Source: Syntrophomonadaceae bacterium (GTDB lineage Bacteria > Bacillota > Dethiobacteria > DTU022 > UBA8154). From it: DNA of 55,086 nucleotides. Below are positions 8,691 to 18,379 of this stretch, in pieces. The notes beneath the pieces were generated by a model. The model ran no database searches and was not told the origin of the DNA. It saw only the letters and a program-made list of their open reading frames with translations. The stretch spans positions 1 to 55,086 of the forward strand of contig PWTK01000007.1 of NCBI GenBank assembly GCA_003563895.1, read 5' to 3'. How positions within the stretch are numbered: the stretch's first letter is position 1; each line of letters opens with the position of its first letter. Made by a program: the position numbers and the translations under genes.

Positions 8691-10837
8691 TGACCCACCG
8701 CTTCCCCGGTCCGTGCCAGGAAACGCTCAATGCCTTTGGCCATTGACTCCGCCGCAAGCTGCTGGAAATCAGGAGAGCTCAGCAGTTTCTCCTCTTCGGG
8801 GTTGGAGATGAAAGCCACCTCGGCCAGCGCAGCAGGCACCCGGGACTGGCGCAGAATGGTGAAGCTGCCCGTCCTGACCCCCTTGTCTTCGCGGCGCAGT
8901 CCATGCAGCATCTCCTCCTGCACCAGCTCGGCCAGGCCCCGGCAGGCTTCCAGCTGTTCCTTCAGCTCACTGTCGGGTACGCAGTAAAAAGTCATGGTCC
9001 CAGAAATGTTCCTGTCGTGCGCAGCATTGGCATGGATGCTCAGCAGCAGCTCGCTGCCAGAGATATTTGCCGCCGCCGCCCGCTCCGAAGCGCCCAGGGA
9101 AGTTTCGCCGATGCGCGTGAAGATGGTGCTGATCCCCTTCTCCTGCAGGATCCGTCCCAGGCGCAGGGATATCTCCATGACGACCTCCCGCTCCGTGATC
9201 CCGGAAGGCCCGATGGCCCCGGGGTCTGTCCCGCCCCAGGAATTCATGTTCCCATGGCCAGGGTCGATGACCACCGTCTGACCCTCGGAGCGGAAGGGCC
9301 TGATGGTGACTTGCACCCCTCTGCCCTCCTCGATGAACCTGACGCTGGGAGTAACCGCTCCGCTCAGCTCAAACACGAGGCGTACCGTTTCTTCGTCGAA
9401 CTGGCCGGTCCGCACCACCTTCACGGGGACCCCCTCCCGGTCCACCCGGAAAGAAGGCCCCTCCCCGCTGCCCTGCAGCAGTGCCTGGAAATCAAACACC
9501 AGGCGGGACGGGTTGTCCAGCCGGAAAGAGCGGGGCAGCTCAAGCCGTGCATCGGCCCTCACTTCAACCACCAGCTCTTCCCCAAAACGCTCAAGTTTCA
9601 ATTCTTCGATGCCGGGCAATTCCCGGCCCTGTTCATCATCGGGCTCATCTTCTGCCTCTCCACCAGGAGAAGTGGAGCCGCTCTGCCAGACATCGATGAG
9701 CTGGCCATTTGTTTCGCCGTCATATCCTTTAGAGGGGCTTTCAACGCCTTTCCCCGAGAAATGAGGGGCAACCAGCCAGCCGGCCACCCAACCTTCCCGG
9801 CTGCCCCCGTCTCCCTCGTAGGAAACCCGGTACCAGCCGTTCTTTTTTTCCCGAACCTCCAGCCAATGCCCCTTCCGGACTTGCCCTGCCTGGCCGTAAT
9901 CCAGGCCGGCTCCGATGCGCACGTTGACCGCATCTTTCATGACCAGCACCGCATCCGGCGTAGAGATGAGCTCTTCCGGCAGGTCCGCAATGCCTTCCCC
10001 CGGCGGCAACCTTTCCTCGTCTTCGACCGGCGGCTCTTCTTCTTTTTCTTCCGGCTTTTCTTCCGGCTCTTCGTCAGGCTTTTCTTCCGGTTCTTCGCCG
10101 GGCTTTTCATCAAGGTCGGAATCCGGGTCTGCCGGCTCCTTTTCTTCCAGCTCCAACAGCCAGCCGGCAATCCAGCCTTCTTTTTCCGCCTCGCCGGGTA
10201 AAAGCACCCTGTACCAATCTCCGGATTTTCCGCTTACTGAAAGAACTGTTCCTTCTTTAGCCTGGGTCAACACCTCGTAAATCTCCTGGTTTGGGCCTTC
10301 CCGGACGTTGACCACGGGAGCGTTCACCACCGCTTTTGTCTCGAGCTCGTTTACCGGGTACTCCCCGGGCGGCGAAGACGGGTCTCCTTCCGGTTCCTCC
10401 GCAGTATGTAAAAGCACGGTCCTCGTTTCCCGCTCCCACTCCACTTCCAGCCCGAAGGTTTCCGACACGAAGCGAATGGGGACCATGGTGCGTCCTGCAT
10501 TGAGGGCGGGCGAGGTATCCAGGGCAACCGCTTCACCGTTAACCCGCGCTTCCTGTTCGTCAATCCAGAGTTCCAGCACAAGGTCGCCCTTTACAATTTC
10601 AACCCGGCGGTTTTCCCTGTCCCATTCCACATCGCCTCCCAGGTCCTCCGCCACGAAGCGCACCGGGACGATGGTGCGGCTGTTTTCATCTATGTAAGGG
10701 CTGACATCATATCTTAACCGTTCCCCGTTCAGCTTTATATCTACCTCGTTTCCACCCGCCGCCGGCAGCGGCCCCGTCAACAGAAAAAGAAGGAAAACGA
10801 GAAAGAAGATTGTTGGATTTCTCCAGCCGGCCTGCAT
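8687..10837 (-). CDS. N-acetylmuramoyl-L-alanine amidase (signal peptide, copper-amine-oxidase-N stalk, two SH3, AMIN, Amidase_3)
   Basis: RTIVPVRFVAE stalk motif, two 'VNVRxGP/A...W' SH3b repeats, IDPGHG, SIHAN, EVAFISN. Confidence 0.92.
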   Translation of the reverse strand: MQAGWRNPTIFFLVFLLFLLTGPLPAAGGNEVDIKLNGERLRYDVSPYIDENSRTIVPVRFVAEDLGGDVEWDRENRRVEIVKGDLVLELWIDEQEARVNGEAVALDTSPALNAGRTMVPIRFVSETFGLEVEWERETRTVLLHTAEEPEGDPSSPPGEYPVNELETKAVVNAPVVNVREGPNQEIYEVLTQAKEGTVLSVSGKSGDWYRVLLPGEAEKEGWIAGWLLELEEKEPADPDSDLDEKPGEEPEEKPDEEPEEKPEEKEEEPPVEDEERLPPGEGIADLPEELISTPDAVLVMKDAVNVRIGAGLDYGQAGQVRKGHWLEVREKKNGWYRVSYEGDGGSREGWVAGWLVAPHFSGKGVESPSKGYDGETNGQLIDVWQSGSTSPGGEAEDEPDDEQGRELPGIEELKLERFGEELVVEVRADARLELPRSFRLDNPSRLVFDFQALLQGSGEGPSFRVDREGVPVKVVRTGQFDEETVRLVFELSGAVTPSVRFIEEGRGVQVTIRPFRSEGQTVVIDPGHGNMNSWGGTDPGAIGPSGITEREVVMEISLRLGRILQEKGISTIFTRIGETSLGASERAAAANISGSELLLSIHANAAHDRNISGTMTFYCVPDSELKEQLEACRGLAELVQEEMLHGLRREDKGVRTGSFTILRQSRVPAALAEVAFISNPEEEKLLSSPDFQQLAAESMAKGIERFLARTGEAVGH

Positions 10838-11003
10838 AGAGCACCCCTCCTGTGTTAAAGCGCTGTAACAATTGTTAACCCGTTTTAACTATTGTAACGA
10901 AAATGGCGGAAAAAAGAAATGCCTTTTTTGGAAATATCCGCAACTTTTTCCATTATCAAACCGTTTTGAGAGAACGGCTGGGATCAAAAAAAGGCAGCCT
11001 CCC

Positions 11004-11031
11004 TTGACATCTCCTTTCCCGAAAGTATAAT
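11004..11031 (+). promoter_or_regulatory. Sigma-A promoter of the aldo/keto reductase
   Basis: TTGACA (11004-11009) - 16 bp - TATAAT (11026-11031). Confidence 0.7.
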
Positions 11032-11063
11032 AGGGTAACAATCCCAAGGAGGGCAATCCGGAT

Positions 11064-12149
11064 TTGAAAACAAAACTGTCCCGCAAAAGGTTTTTGCTGT
11101 TGGGCCTTACGGCGCTGCTGGGCCTGGTCGCCGCCGCCTTTGCCCGCTTCTTTTTCAGGCAGTTACCATCCCGGCTTGACGTGGCCGAAGACAATGTTGA
11201 AAAAAGTGTCCGCACAGAAACCGACGCCGAACCCAAAACCCCGGCCAGGCCAAAGCATAACGGAGTGCGCGAGAGAGCTGAGGAAGACCCCGCGGAGAAA
11301 AGGCCGAAGGACCCGTGGAAAAGAGTGCTGGGCAGCACAGGGGAAACGGTCAGCCTCTTCGGTCTGGGCGGCGCGGGAATAATCGCCCGCGCAGAAAAAG
11401 AGGAAGAGGCGCTGGCCCTTTTGAAGCGGGCCCTGGACCGGGGCGTTAACTACATCGATACCGCTCCCTCCTATGCCGGGGGGGTCAGCGAACGCCATAT
11501 CGGCAGGGCCTTGAAGCACCGGCGTCGGGAAGTCTTCCTGGCCACCAAGACCCTGGACCGGACCTACGAGGGCACCCTGCGAAATATTGAAAGCAGCCTG
11601 GAACGGCTGCAAACGGATTACCTCGATCTCTACCAGATCCACGGCATCAGGGACAAAAACGAGGCCGACCGGGTCCTGGAACCAGACGGGGCAGTGCGTG
11701 CCCTCCAGCGTCTCCGGGAAGAAGGCGTTGTCAAGTACACCGGGGCAACCGGGCACCGGGACCCACAGGCCCTTCGCTACCTTCTCGAGCGGCATGAATT
11801 CGACTGTGTTTTAATACCGCTCAACCCGGCCGATCTCTACCGTGCCTCTTTTCAAAAAAACCTGCTGCCGTTTGCGGTGGAGAGAAAAATGGGCATCATC
11901 ACCATGAAAGTGGTTTCTTACGGCCGGCTCCTGCGCCAGGACGGCATAGCCACCATGAAAGAGGCTTTGGGCTATGTCTGCACGCTGCCCATACACACGG
12001 CCATCGTCGGCCTCTCTTCGCTGGATGAACTGGAAGAAAATATTGCCATCTGTCAAAATTTCAGCCCGCTGTCGCCAGAAGAAATGGACCGGCTGGAAAG
12101 TCTGGCAGAAGCGTACCAGGAGGAGGCCAACTTTTACAAGGATTGGTGA
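11064..12149 (+). CDS. Aldo/keto reductase with N-terminal Tat-like/TM leader
   Basis: IDTAPSY, LATK, SLERLQTDYLDLYQIH; leader SRKRFLLLGLTALLGLVAAAFA. Confidence 0.9.
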   Translation: MKTKLSRKRFLLLGLTALLGLVAAAFARFFFRQLPSRLDVAEDNVEKSVRTETDAEPKTPARPKHNGVRERAEEDPAEKRPKDPWKRVLGSTGETVSLFGLGGAGIIARAEKEEEALALLKRALDRGVNYIDTAPSYAGGVSERHIGRALKHRRREVFLATKTLDRTYEGTLRNIESSLERLQTDYLDLYQIHGIRDKNEADRVLEPDGAVRALQRLREEGVVKYTGATGHRDPQALRYLLERHEFDCVLIPLNPADLYRASFQKNLLPFAVERKMGIITMKVVSYGRLLRQDGIATMKEALGYVCTLPIHTAIVGLSSLDELEENIAICQNFSPLSPEEMDRLESLAEAYQEEANFYKDW

Positions 12150-12154
12150 AGGTG

Positions 12155-12415
12155 CTAGCGGCGATCCCTTTTCAAGTCAAACAGGATCTTCTCCAGGTAC
12201 CATTCCCGGGTATGGCCCGGGTACTTTTGCCGCATTCTTTCGACGAAGTCGTCGATATACTCCTCCGCCTGGTCGGGGGGAAGGTGCAGCTGCTTTTGCA
12301 ATTCTTTGTAAAGGCGCGATTGGCTCGGCCCCCTCAAAGATTTTCTCTGCTTCAGGAAATAGGCGATGAGGAATGCGCCGACGAACACTACTGCGAGGAT
12401 GATAATAATTTCCAT
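12155..12415 (-). CDS. Small membrane-anchored hypothetical protein
   Basis: 86 aa, N-terminal TM, SD GGAGG/GAGG upstream; C-terminal 'KYPGHTREWYLEKILFDL'. Confidence 0.7.
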   Translation of the reverse strand: MEIIIILAVVFVGAFLIAYFLKQRKSLRGPSQSRLYKELQKQLHLPPDQAEEYIDDFVERMRQKYPGHTREWYLEKILFDLKRDRR

Positions 12416-12615
12416 ACCTCAAAACCTCCAAACATTGCAGAAGCCTTGTAATTCGCCTCTGTCGAAGTTTGCTTTTCCTCCGGAGTGCCGCCCTCAGGAG
12501 CTTTGAACTGTATTTCATTCTTCGCTGTTGGAGCACACCCCGCCAAGGACGCTTGAGGAAGATGGGGGAACCAACGCTCCCGCAGCGCTCCGGACAAACC
12601 TCTGGGAAAACGCGC

Positions 12616-13614
12616 TCAAGCGTACCGCTCCAGGGCTTCATAGAGCTCGTCCCGCGGGGGCGCGGTAAGCTCCTCTCTCGTTTCTCCGACTACCAGGTAC
12701 AACCCGGGCTCCTCCCGGACCCTCCCGATGACGCAGGCGGGAATGCCCAGCTTCTCCAGCGTTGCCAGCACCCTGCTCCCGGGGGGCGCCGTGATCACCA
12801 TCGCTCCGCTGGAGATCAGCCCCAGGGGATCGATCTGCAGGCAGCGGCAGACGGCCTCCGTCTCCGGAGCCAGGGGAATGGCTTCCGCCCGGATCTCCAG
12901 GCCAACCTCGGATGCCGAGGCCAGCTCCACCAGCGCACCCCGCACCCCGCCTTCGGTGGCATCGTGCATGGCGGTGGCCCCGGCGCGGGCCGCGGCCAGC
13001 CCCTCGGGCACCACGCTCAAATGCTCTCCCAGGTCTTCTGCACCCCGCAGGATCTCCGCCGGCAGCATCTCCCGCAGCCGGCCGGCCAGGTCCGCTGCCA
13101 GGATGGCCGTGCCTTCCAGGCCTGCCCACTTGGTGAGGATAACCTCGTCTCCCGACCGGGCCCCCGAGCTGGTGACCAGGTGTTCCCGAGCCACCTTCCC
13201 CATGGCAGTGGCGGCGATGACCGCTTGGTTTACGGCCGCGGTGATCTCGGCATGCCCGCCCAGGATGGCCACGCCCAGACCGCACGCCGTTTGGTGGGTC
13301 TCGGCCACCACCTCCTGCACCTCGGGCTGCCCGGTCCCTTCGGGAAACAGGTAATTCAGGAGAAGTCCCACCGGTTCGGCCCCGGCCGCGGCGACGTCGT
13401 TACAAGAAATGTGCACCGCCAGCCGCCCCAGCCCAGAGGAGGTCCCGGTGATGGGATCGGTGGAAAGCACGAGCAGCTCGTCGCCGAGCTCAAGCACGGC
13501 GCAGTCTTCCCCGTATTTCGGCCCCAGCAGCACTTCTTTTCGCCGAGCCCCGACAAAGGGAAGAATGAGGGTCTGCAGTACGTCGGGGGATATTTTGCCG
13601 ATCTTCACCTTCAA
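12616..13614 (-). CDS. AIR synthase-family protein (HypE/ThiL-like)
   Basis: GEDCAV, STDPIT, NDVAAAGAEP, GGHAE, MHDATEGG. Confidence 0.85.
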   Translation of the reverse strand: MKVKIGKISPDVLQTLILPFVGARRKEVLLGPKYGEDCAVLELGDELLVLSTDPITGTSSGLGRLAVHISCNDVAAAGAEPVGLLLNYLFPEGTGQPEVQEVVAETHQTACGLGVAILGGHAEITAAVNQAVIAATAMGKVAREHLVTSSGARSGDEVILTKWAGLEGTAILAADLAGRLREMLPAEILRGAEDLGEHLSVVPEGLAAARAGATAMHDATEGGVRGALVELASASEVGLEIRAEAIPLAPETEAVCRCLQIDPLGLISSGAMVITAPPGSRVLATLEKLGIPACVIGRVREEPGLYLVVGETREELTAPPRDELYEALERYA

Positions 13615-13973
13615 CAGCTCCCTGATCGCGAATTTTCAATAGATGATGGAACAACCGACAACCGGAAAGCTCACTTACTCTACCGGTTCGTAAAATGTCC
13701 TTTCGGGCTTCGGGCGTGGGAAGAAGCCTGCACCCCGAACCGGGCCTTGGTGATCGGGGCAGCCTCCTCTACCGCCCGGCAGCGGCAGGAGAAGAAAGAC
13801 AAACCATCCATGCAGCGGAGAACTGCAACACCGCCTACATTGTATTTCGAGTTTGCCTCCCTGCCGCCCGGCGGCGCCTGAGGAAGAATGATCACTGCCG
13901 GCATTTTCGTCACAAAATGTTAAGCCCTGTGCTCCTTTTAGGCCCAAGAAGCCTCAATCACTTTTTCCCGGGA

Positions 13974-16145
13974 TCATGTTCTGCCGCCGCCGGCCTCCGC
14001 TTCCCTCTCCAGCACCACCAGGGCATCGACCACGACCGGCCGGGAACCGGAAAGAATGATGGGGTTCAAGTCTATTTCGGCCACGCGGGGGTGCAGCAGG
14101 GAAAGCGCACCCAGGTTTTGCAAGATCCGGGCCAGTTCTTCCCTGTCCGCTGGCGGAAGACCGCGGAACCCTTCCAGGAGGGCCCTGCCCCTCACATCGG
14201 CCAGCATTTCTTCCGCCTCGCTCCGGCTCAAGGGGGCCGCGCGAATGGTAAAATCGCCCAGCGCCTCGGTAAAAACCCCGCCCAGGCCGAAGAGCACGCA
14301 GGGCCCAAAGCCCGGAAACCGCGTCACGCCGGCCAACAGCTCCCGCTCTCCCCGGACCATCTCCGATACCAGCACCGGGATTTCCTCCCCGGCCGCCTCC
14401 GCTATTTCAAAATAGGCCCCCTGCACCTCACTCCTGTTTTTTAAGCCCAGTTTGATGAGTCCCCTTTCACTCTTGTGGGCGATGTCGGGCGAGCACCCTT
14501 TCAGCACCACCGGAAAGCCCATCTCCTCCGCCGCCTCTACCGCTTCCTCGAGCGCCTGCACCCTCCTTTCAGGGGCCAGCGGGATGCCGTACGCCGCCAG
14601 CACCCGCTTGGAATCGTATTCGTCCAGGCTGCACTGGCCGCGGGCCAGTGCCTCTTCTATCAGGCGCTCCGCTTCGGAAGAAGGTACCGGAAGCTCGGGG
14701 GGAAGCGTCTTTTCCCGCTCCCGGATGGTTTTGTAACGGTAGAGCGCCAGCAGAGCGCGGGCGGCCTTTTCCGGCACGTCAAATACGGGCACGTTATTTT
14801 TGCGGTAGGCCTCTGCATAGTTGTCGTCCTCGAAAAAGGAAGAGACCACCAGCGGAATGTCGTATTTAAAGGGGAGCGAAACGGTATCCGAGAGATCCTG
14901 CCGGAAGCGCTCGAAAAGCTCTTCGAAGGGTACCCCGCCCAACAGTTCGCGCAGATGGGGGTAAATCTCTTTCATGAACCCCCTGCTCATGGCGCCGTGA
15001 AGCGCCACGGCATCGACTTCCCCGCTCTGCATGATCAATTCCGGGATGCCGGTGCTCAGTGCACGAACATCCAAATGAAAGGTGAGATCCACCGGGTTGG
15101 TGCTGGATCCCTGAGGGGGAAGGTGTTCCCTGATCCTTTCCTGGAGCCCTTCCGAGAAGGGCGGCACCTCCATGCCGCCTTCGTTGCAGGTATGGGCGAT
15201 GGCCGTCCCCGGCCCCCCGGAATTGGTCACCACACCCACCCGCTTTCCCCGGGGCAGCGGCTGGGCGGCAAGAGTCCAGCCGTGCTCGTAGATGTCTTCG
15301 ATGGAGTGGACCCTGATGATGCCGGCCTGTTTGAAAACGCCCTCGTAGAGGTAATCGGGGCCGGCCATGGAACCGGTGTGGCTCCTTCCGGCGCGGGCCC
15401 CCGCAGCGGAACCGCCCACGTACTGGGCCAGCACGGGTTTGTGGGGGGTAATCTTCTGCGCAGCCTCGATAAAGCGGCGGCCCTCACGGATCCCTTCTAT
15501 GTAGAGCCCGATGGCCCGGGTCTGCTCGTCCTGGCCCAGGTACTCCAGGGCGTCAACGATATTTAGGTCCGCTTCGTTGCCCACGCTGACGGCCTTGCTG
15601 AAGCGGATGCCTTTTTTCCTGAGGTAGGCCAGGGTCTGGGTCACGTATGTCCCGCTTTGGGTGGCCATCCCCAGCATGCCGGGCCCATCCGCCATCCTTA
15701 TCACGGTCATATTCAAGGAAACCTGGGAGTTGAGCACACCCATGCAGTTCGGACCCAGGAAGCGGATGCCGTACTTTCGGGCCGTTTCCTGGAGCTTTTT
15801 CTCCAGCTGCGCCCCCTCTTCCCCCGTCTCCTTGAAGCCGGCTGAAATGATAATGGCGCGGGGGGTGCCCAGCCGGCCGAACTCCTCCAGCAGTTCCACC
15901 GCGGATGCTGTCGGCACGATCAGCATGGCCAAGTCGGGGGGGTCCGGCAGGTCGGACACCGAGGGATACGCCCTGCAGCCGAGGACCTCTTTTTCCCGCG
16001 GGTGAATGGGGTAAAAGGCCCCCTGGAAACCGTCTTTTAAAATATTCAGTGCCTGCATGGTGCCCATTTTCATGGGATTGTTCCCCGCTCCCACAACAGC
16101 GATGGAACGGGGGTTCATCAAAAGGTCCAGTGGGTTCTCTTTCAT
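13974..16145 (-). CDS. Acetate/acyl-CoA ligase (ADP-forming), fused alpha-beta
   Basis: PRSIAVVGA, GPNCMG, SHTGS (phospho-His), NSGG, NPVD, ATP-grasp HKSE; start ATG 16145 after SD GAGGAGG. Confidence 0.9.
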   Translation of the reverse strand: MKENPLDLLMNPRSIAVVGAGNNPMKMGTMQALNILKDGFQGAFYPIHPREKEVLGCRAYPSVSDLPDPPDLAMLIVPTASAVELLEEFGRLGTPRAIIISAGFKETGEEGAQLEKKLQETARKYGIRFLGPNCMGVLNSQVSLNMTVIRMADGPGMLGMATQSGTYVTQTLAYLRKKGIRFSKAVSVGNEADLNIVDALEYLGQDEQTRAIGLYIEGIREGRRFIEAAQKITPHKPVLAQYVGGSAAGARAGRSHTGSMAGPDYLYEGVFKQAGIIRVHSIEDIYEHGWTLAAQPLPRGKRVGVVTNSGGPGTAIAHTCNEGGMEVPPFSEGLQERIREHLPPQGSSTNPVDLTFHLDVRALSTGIPELIMQSGEVDAVALHGAMSRGFMKEIYPHLRELLGGVPFEELFERFRQDLSDTVSLPFKYDIPLVVSSFFEDDNYAEAYRKNNVPVFDVPEKAARALLALYRYKTIREREKTLPPELPVPSSEAERLIEEALARGQCSLDEYDSKRVLAAYGIPLAPERRVQALEEAVEAAEEMGFPVVLKGCSPDIAHKSERGLIKLGLKNRSEVQGAYFEIAEAAGEEIPVLVSEMVRGERELLAGVTRFPGFGPCVLFGLGGVFTEALGDFTIRAAPLSRSEAEEMLADVRGRALLEGFRGLPPADREELARILQNLGALSLLHPRVAEIDLNPIILSGSRPVVVDALVVLEREAEAGGGRT

Positions 16146-16478
16146 CGCATCTCTTTCCTCCTCGCTTCGGACATGCTTCGTATGTGCTGCGGCTGTGATA
16201 TTTGCTGATGGGTTTATTATAACAAAATCGCGAAGACCGTCCACTCCCCAAAATGCGGTTTTGGTTTGCCCCCAAAAAGCCTTTTTTCGGCACAACCACA
16301 TTTAAGAAAATGGCTTATCATTGGACTTTTTAAAGTCCAAATTACCCTCGAATAGGCTTTTTGGGGTTGAATCAGTGATTTTTTCATCCGGGTTTTCCAG
16401 GGCGGATCCTCCGCGTTTTATCGTTCCTTCCCGCCTCCCCAATTGAGGGCAGGCGGGTAAGGGCGGCCGGCAGACGGC

Positions 16479-17063
16479 CTAAGGCTCCGCCTTGATTTTC
16501 CGAAGAAGCCAGGCCATGTTTTCTCCCAGCCGCTGCATTGTCCGAAGGCCCTCTTCGTCTTGCTCGACATCGCCCGAGGCCTTCCCCAAACCCAGGTTCC
16601 AGTATGTCGACCCCGGCACGATCATCTCATTGATGAAGAAAAAATTGTTGATGGCCTGGAAGACGTTGAGCGCCCCCGCGCGGCGGACGGCCACCACGGC
16701 CGCCCCCACCTTCAGGCGAAGCGGGTTGTTCACCTGGCCCTTGCTTGCGTAACCGGCGCGGTCGATCAAGGCCTTGGTTTCGGCGTTCAGAGCGGCAAAA
16801 TAGGTCGGGGAACCGATCACGATCCCGTCAGCCTCCACCATTTTCTCCAGGCAGACATTGAGCCCGTCCGTATCAACGGCACAACGCCCATCTCTTTTTT
16901 CCCGACATTTCATGCAGGCCGTGCAGCCGGCACTGATTTCCCCCGAGAGGTTCACCAGTTCACACTCGATCCCTTGCTCCTCCAGTGGCTTAAAAAGCTC
17001 CCGGATCAGTCTCGCCGTGTTCCCTTCCCGTCGCGGACTCCCGTTAAATGCCACCACTTTCAT
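16479..17063 (-). CDS. Iron-sulfur flavoprotein / NAD(P)H-dependent FMN reductase family
   Basis: NGSPRREGNT, CxxCxxC...C, GSPTYF, RRAG; start ATG 17063. Confidence 0.88.
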   Translation of the reverse strand: MKVVAFNGSPRREGNTARLIRELFKPLEEQGIECELVNLSGEISAGCTACMKCREKRDGRCAVDTDGLNVCLEKMVEADGIVIGSPTYFAALNAETKALIDRAGYASKGQVNNPLRLKVGAAVVAVRRAGALNVFQAINNFFFINEMIVPGSTYWNLGLGKASGDVEQDEEGLRTMQRLGENMAWLLRKIKAEP

Positions 17064-17366
17064 CAAGTCAGCCCCTTTCTGCGCGTTTTCATAGAGTATA
17101 TTTCTTCCTTGGGAGGCCCGTTTCTTGCAAAAAAAATAAAAAAACGGCCACAAATATCACAAATACTGCAGAAGATTTTCCGGTAATTGTCCGTCACCTG
17201 CCCTGCAGCTGCGCTGAAGCTGCTTCTGCCCCCTGCCCTGTCCCGCCCAGCACATGCGCCGAATCAACCCTCTAGCCTGGACAAGCGAGGACGATAATTT
17301 TAAGGTGCCCCGTCGAAAATGATTGCCATTATTGCGCAGTGATCGCAAGCCAGGGCTTAAAAACTA

Positions 17367-17428
17367 TTGACATTGCAGCGGCCGGCGTAATACAATTGGC
17401 TCACGATTAAGTTAACGTAAACGTAAAC
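17367..17428 (+). promoter_or_regulatory. Promoter with LiuR-type operator
   Basis: TTGACA (17367) -18- TACAAT (17391); imperfect palindrome GTTAACGTAAACGTAAAC (17411-17428) resembling the LiuR box sTTTACGTwwACGTAAAs. Confidence 0.65.
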
Positions 17429-17479
17429 TGTGAGCGATGCATACCAAAAGCGAGGAGAAAAGTCAAAGGTGATGCTGCC

Positions 17480-17917
17480 GTGACCGAGGGAAAAGAAAGG
17501 AAGACCGAAGAAAATCAGCGCTACTCCATCTCCGAGCTGGCCGGCATGTTCGGCGTCACCCCGCGCACCATTCGCTATTACGAAGAAGTGGGGCTCCTGG
17601 CCCCCGAGGAGCGCGAAAGCGAAACCCAGCAGCGCCGCTACAGCAAGAGGGCCCGGGCCAGGCTCAAACTGATTTTGAGGGGCAAACGGTTCGGTTTTTC
17701 CCTGGGTGAAATTAAAGAGATGATCGAGCTCTCCGATGTCGACCCGTCGGAAAAAGAACAGCTCAAGCGCACCCTGGCCTACGGCGACAAAAAAATCGCC
17801 GAGATCGACGAAATGATCAGCGAGCTTACCGCCATTAAAGAAGAAATGCTCGAGTTCCGGGAAAAATTCAGCAGGAGACTCCGGGAACAGGTAGGGGAGG
17901 GAAGAGAAGACGACTGA
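17480..17917 (+). CDS. MerR-family transcriptional regulator, LiuR-like
   Basis: YSISELAGMFGVTPRTIRYYEE...RLKLILRGKRFGFSLGEI; upstream of an acyl-CoA dehydrogenase. Confidence 0.88.
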   Translation: MTEGKERKTEENQRYSISELAGMFGVTPRTIRYYEEVGLLAPEERESETQQRRYSKRARARLKLILRGKRFGFSLGEIKEMIELSDVDPSEKEQLKRTLAYGDKKIAEIDEMISELTAIKEEMLEFREKFSRRLREQVGEGREDD

Positions 17918-17975
17918 AGGGCAAAAAAGAGGGCGAGAAGTGACGGTTCCTGATTTTCCTGTAAGCTGCTGCCTG

Positions 17976-18002
17976 GCAAAAAGAGACGGTTCCTGACTTG
18001 CC
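17976..18002. repeat. Dispersed short intergenic repeat (GACGGTTC core)
   Basis: GCAAAAAGAGACGGTTCCTGACTTGCC matches 40808-40834 at 25/27 nt; related cores at 17938-17953 and 18036-18047, and inverted at 19747-19756 and 19789-19800. Confidence 0.55.
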
Positions 18003-18379
18003 CGGCAATAAGTCCCAAGGAAATAAGGGAGCAAAAAGTGGCGGTTTTTCTTTTCACCTGTCAGGTTCAGGTAAGAAGGTTCCCCTTTGCCCCCTTTTTC
18101 CCGGGCAAAAAACACAGGGGTGCTCGTTCTCCGGGGAAGAGAACAGGAAAGCGGGAAGCTGGCAAGGAAAACAGATTGCGCCGCTTTATAGACGTGAACG
18201 CCCCTGAGAAAACTTTTTTTACCTTCTTTTTGCCTCTTTGACACGGCCCCGGCAGAGGGCATAAAAGAACGGTTGCCAGATTGAACCGCTCCAATAGTGC
18301 CGGATTAACGATTTCTGCATTGAGCCGGCAACGGTATCCGATAGGCCCTTTAAAGTCATGATGGAGGAGGTTTTCATTC

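Noticed and set aside
10020-10140. Short tandem repeats suggestive of an array
   Set aside because: They encode the EKPEE linker of the amidase; no CRISPR repeat-spacer periodicity was seen anywhere in the window.
12616-13614. Possible selenophosphate synthetase SelD or true HypE
   Set aside because: No N-terminal Cys/Sec-x-x-Lys motif and no C-terminal PRIC motif; kept as a generic AIR synthase-family protein.
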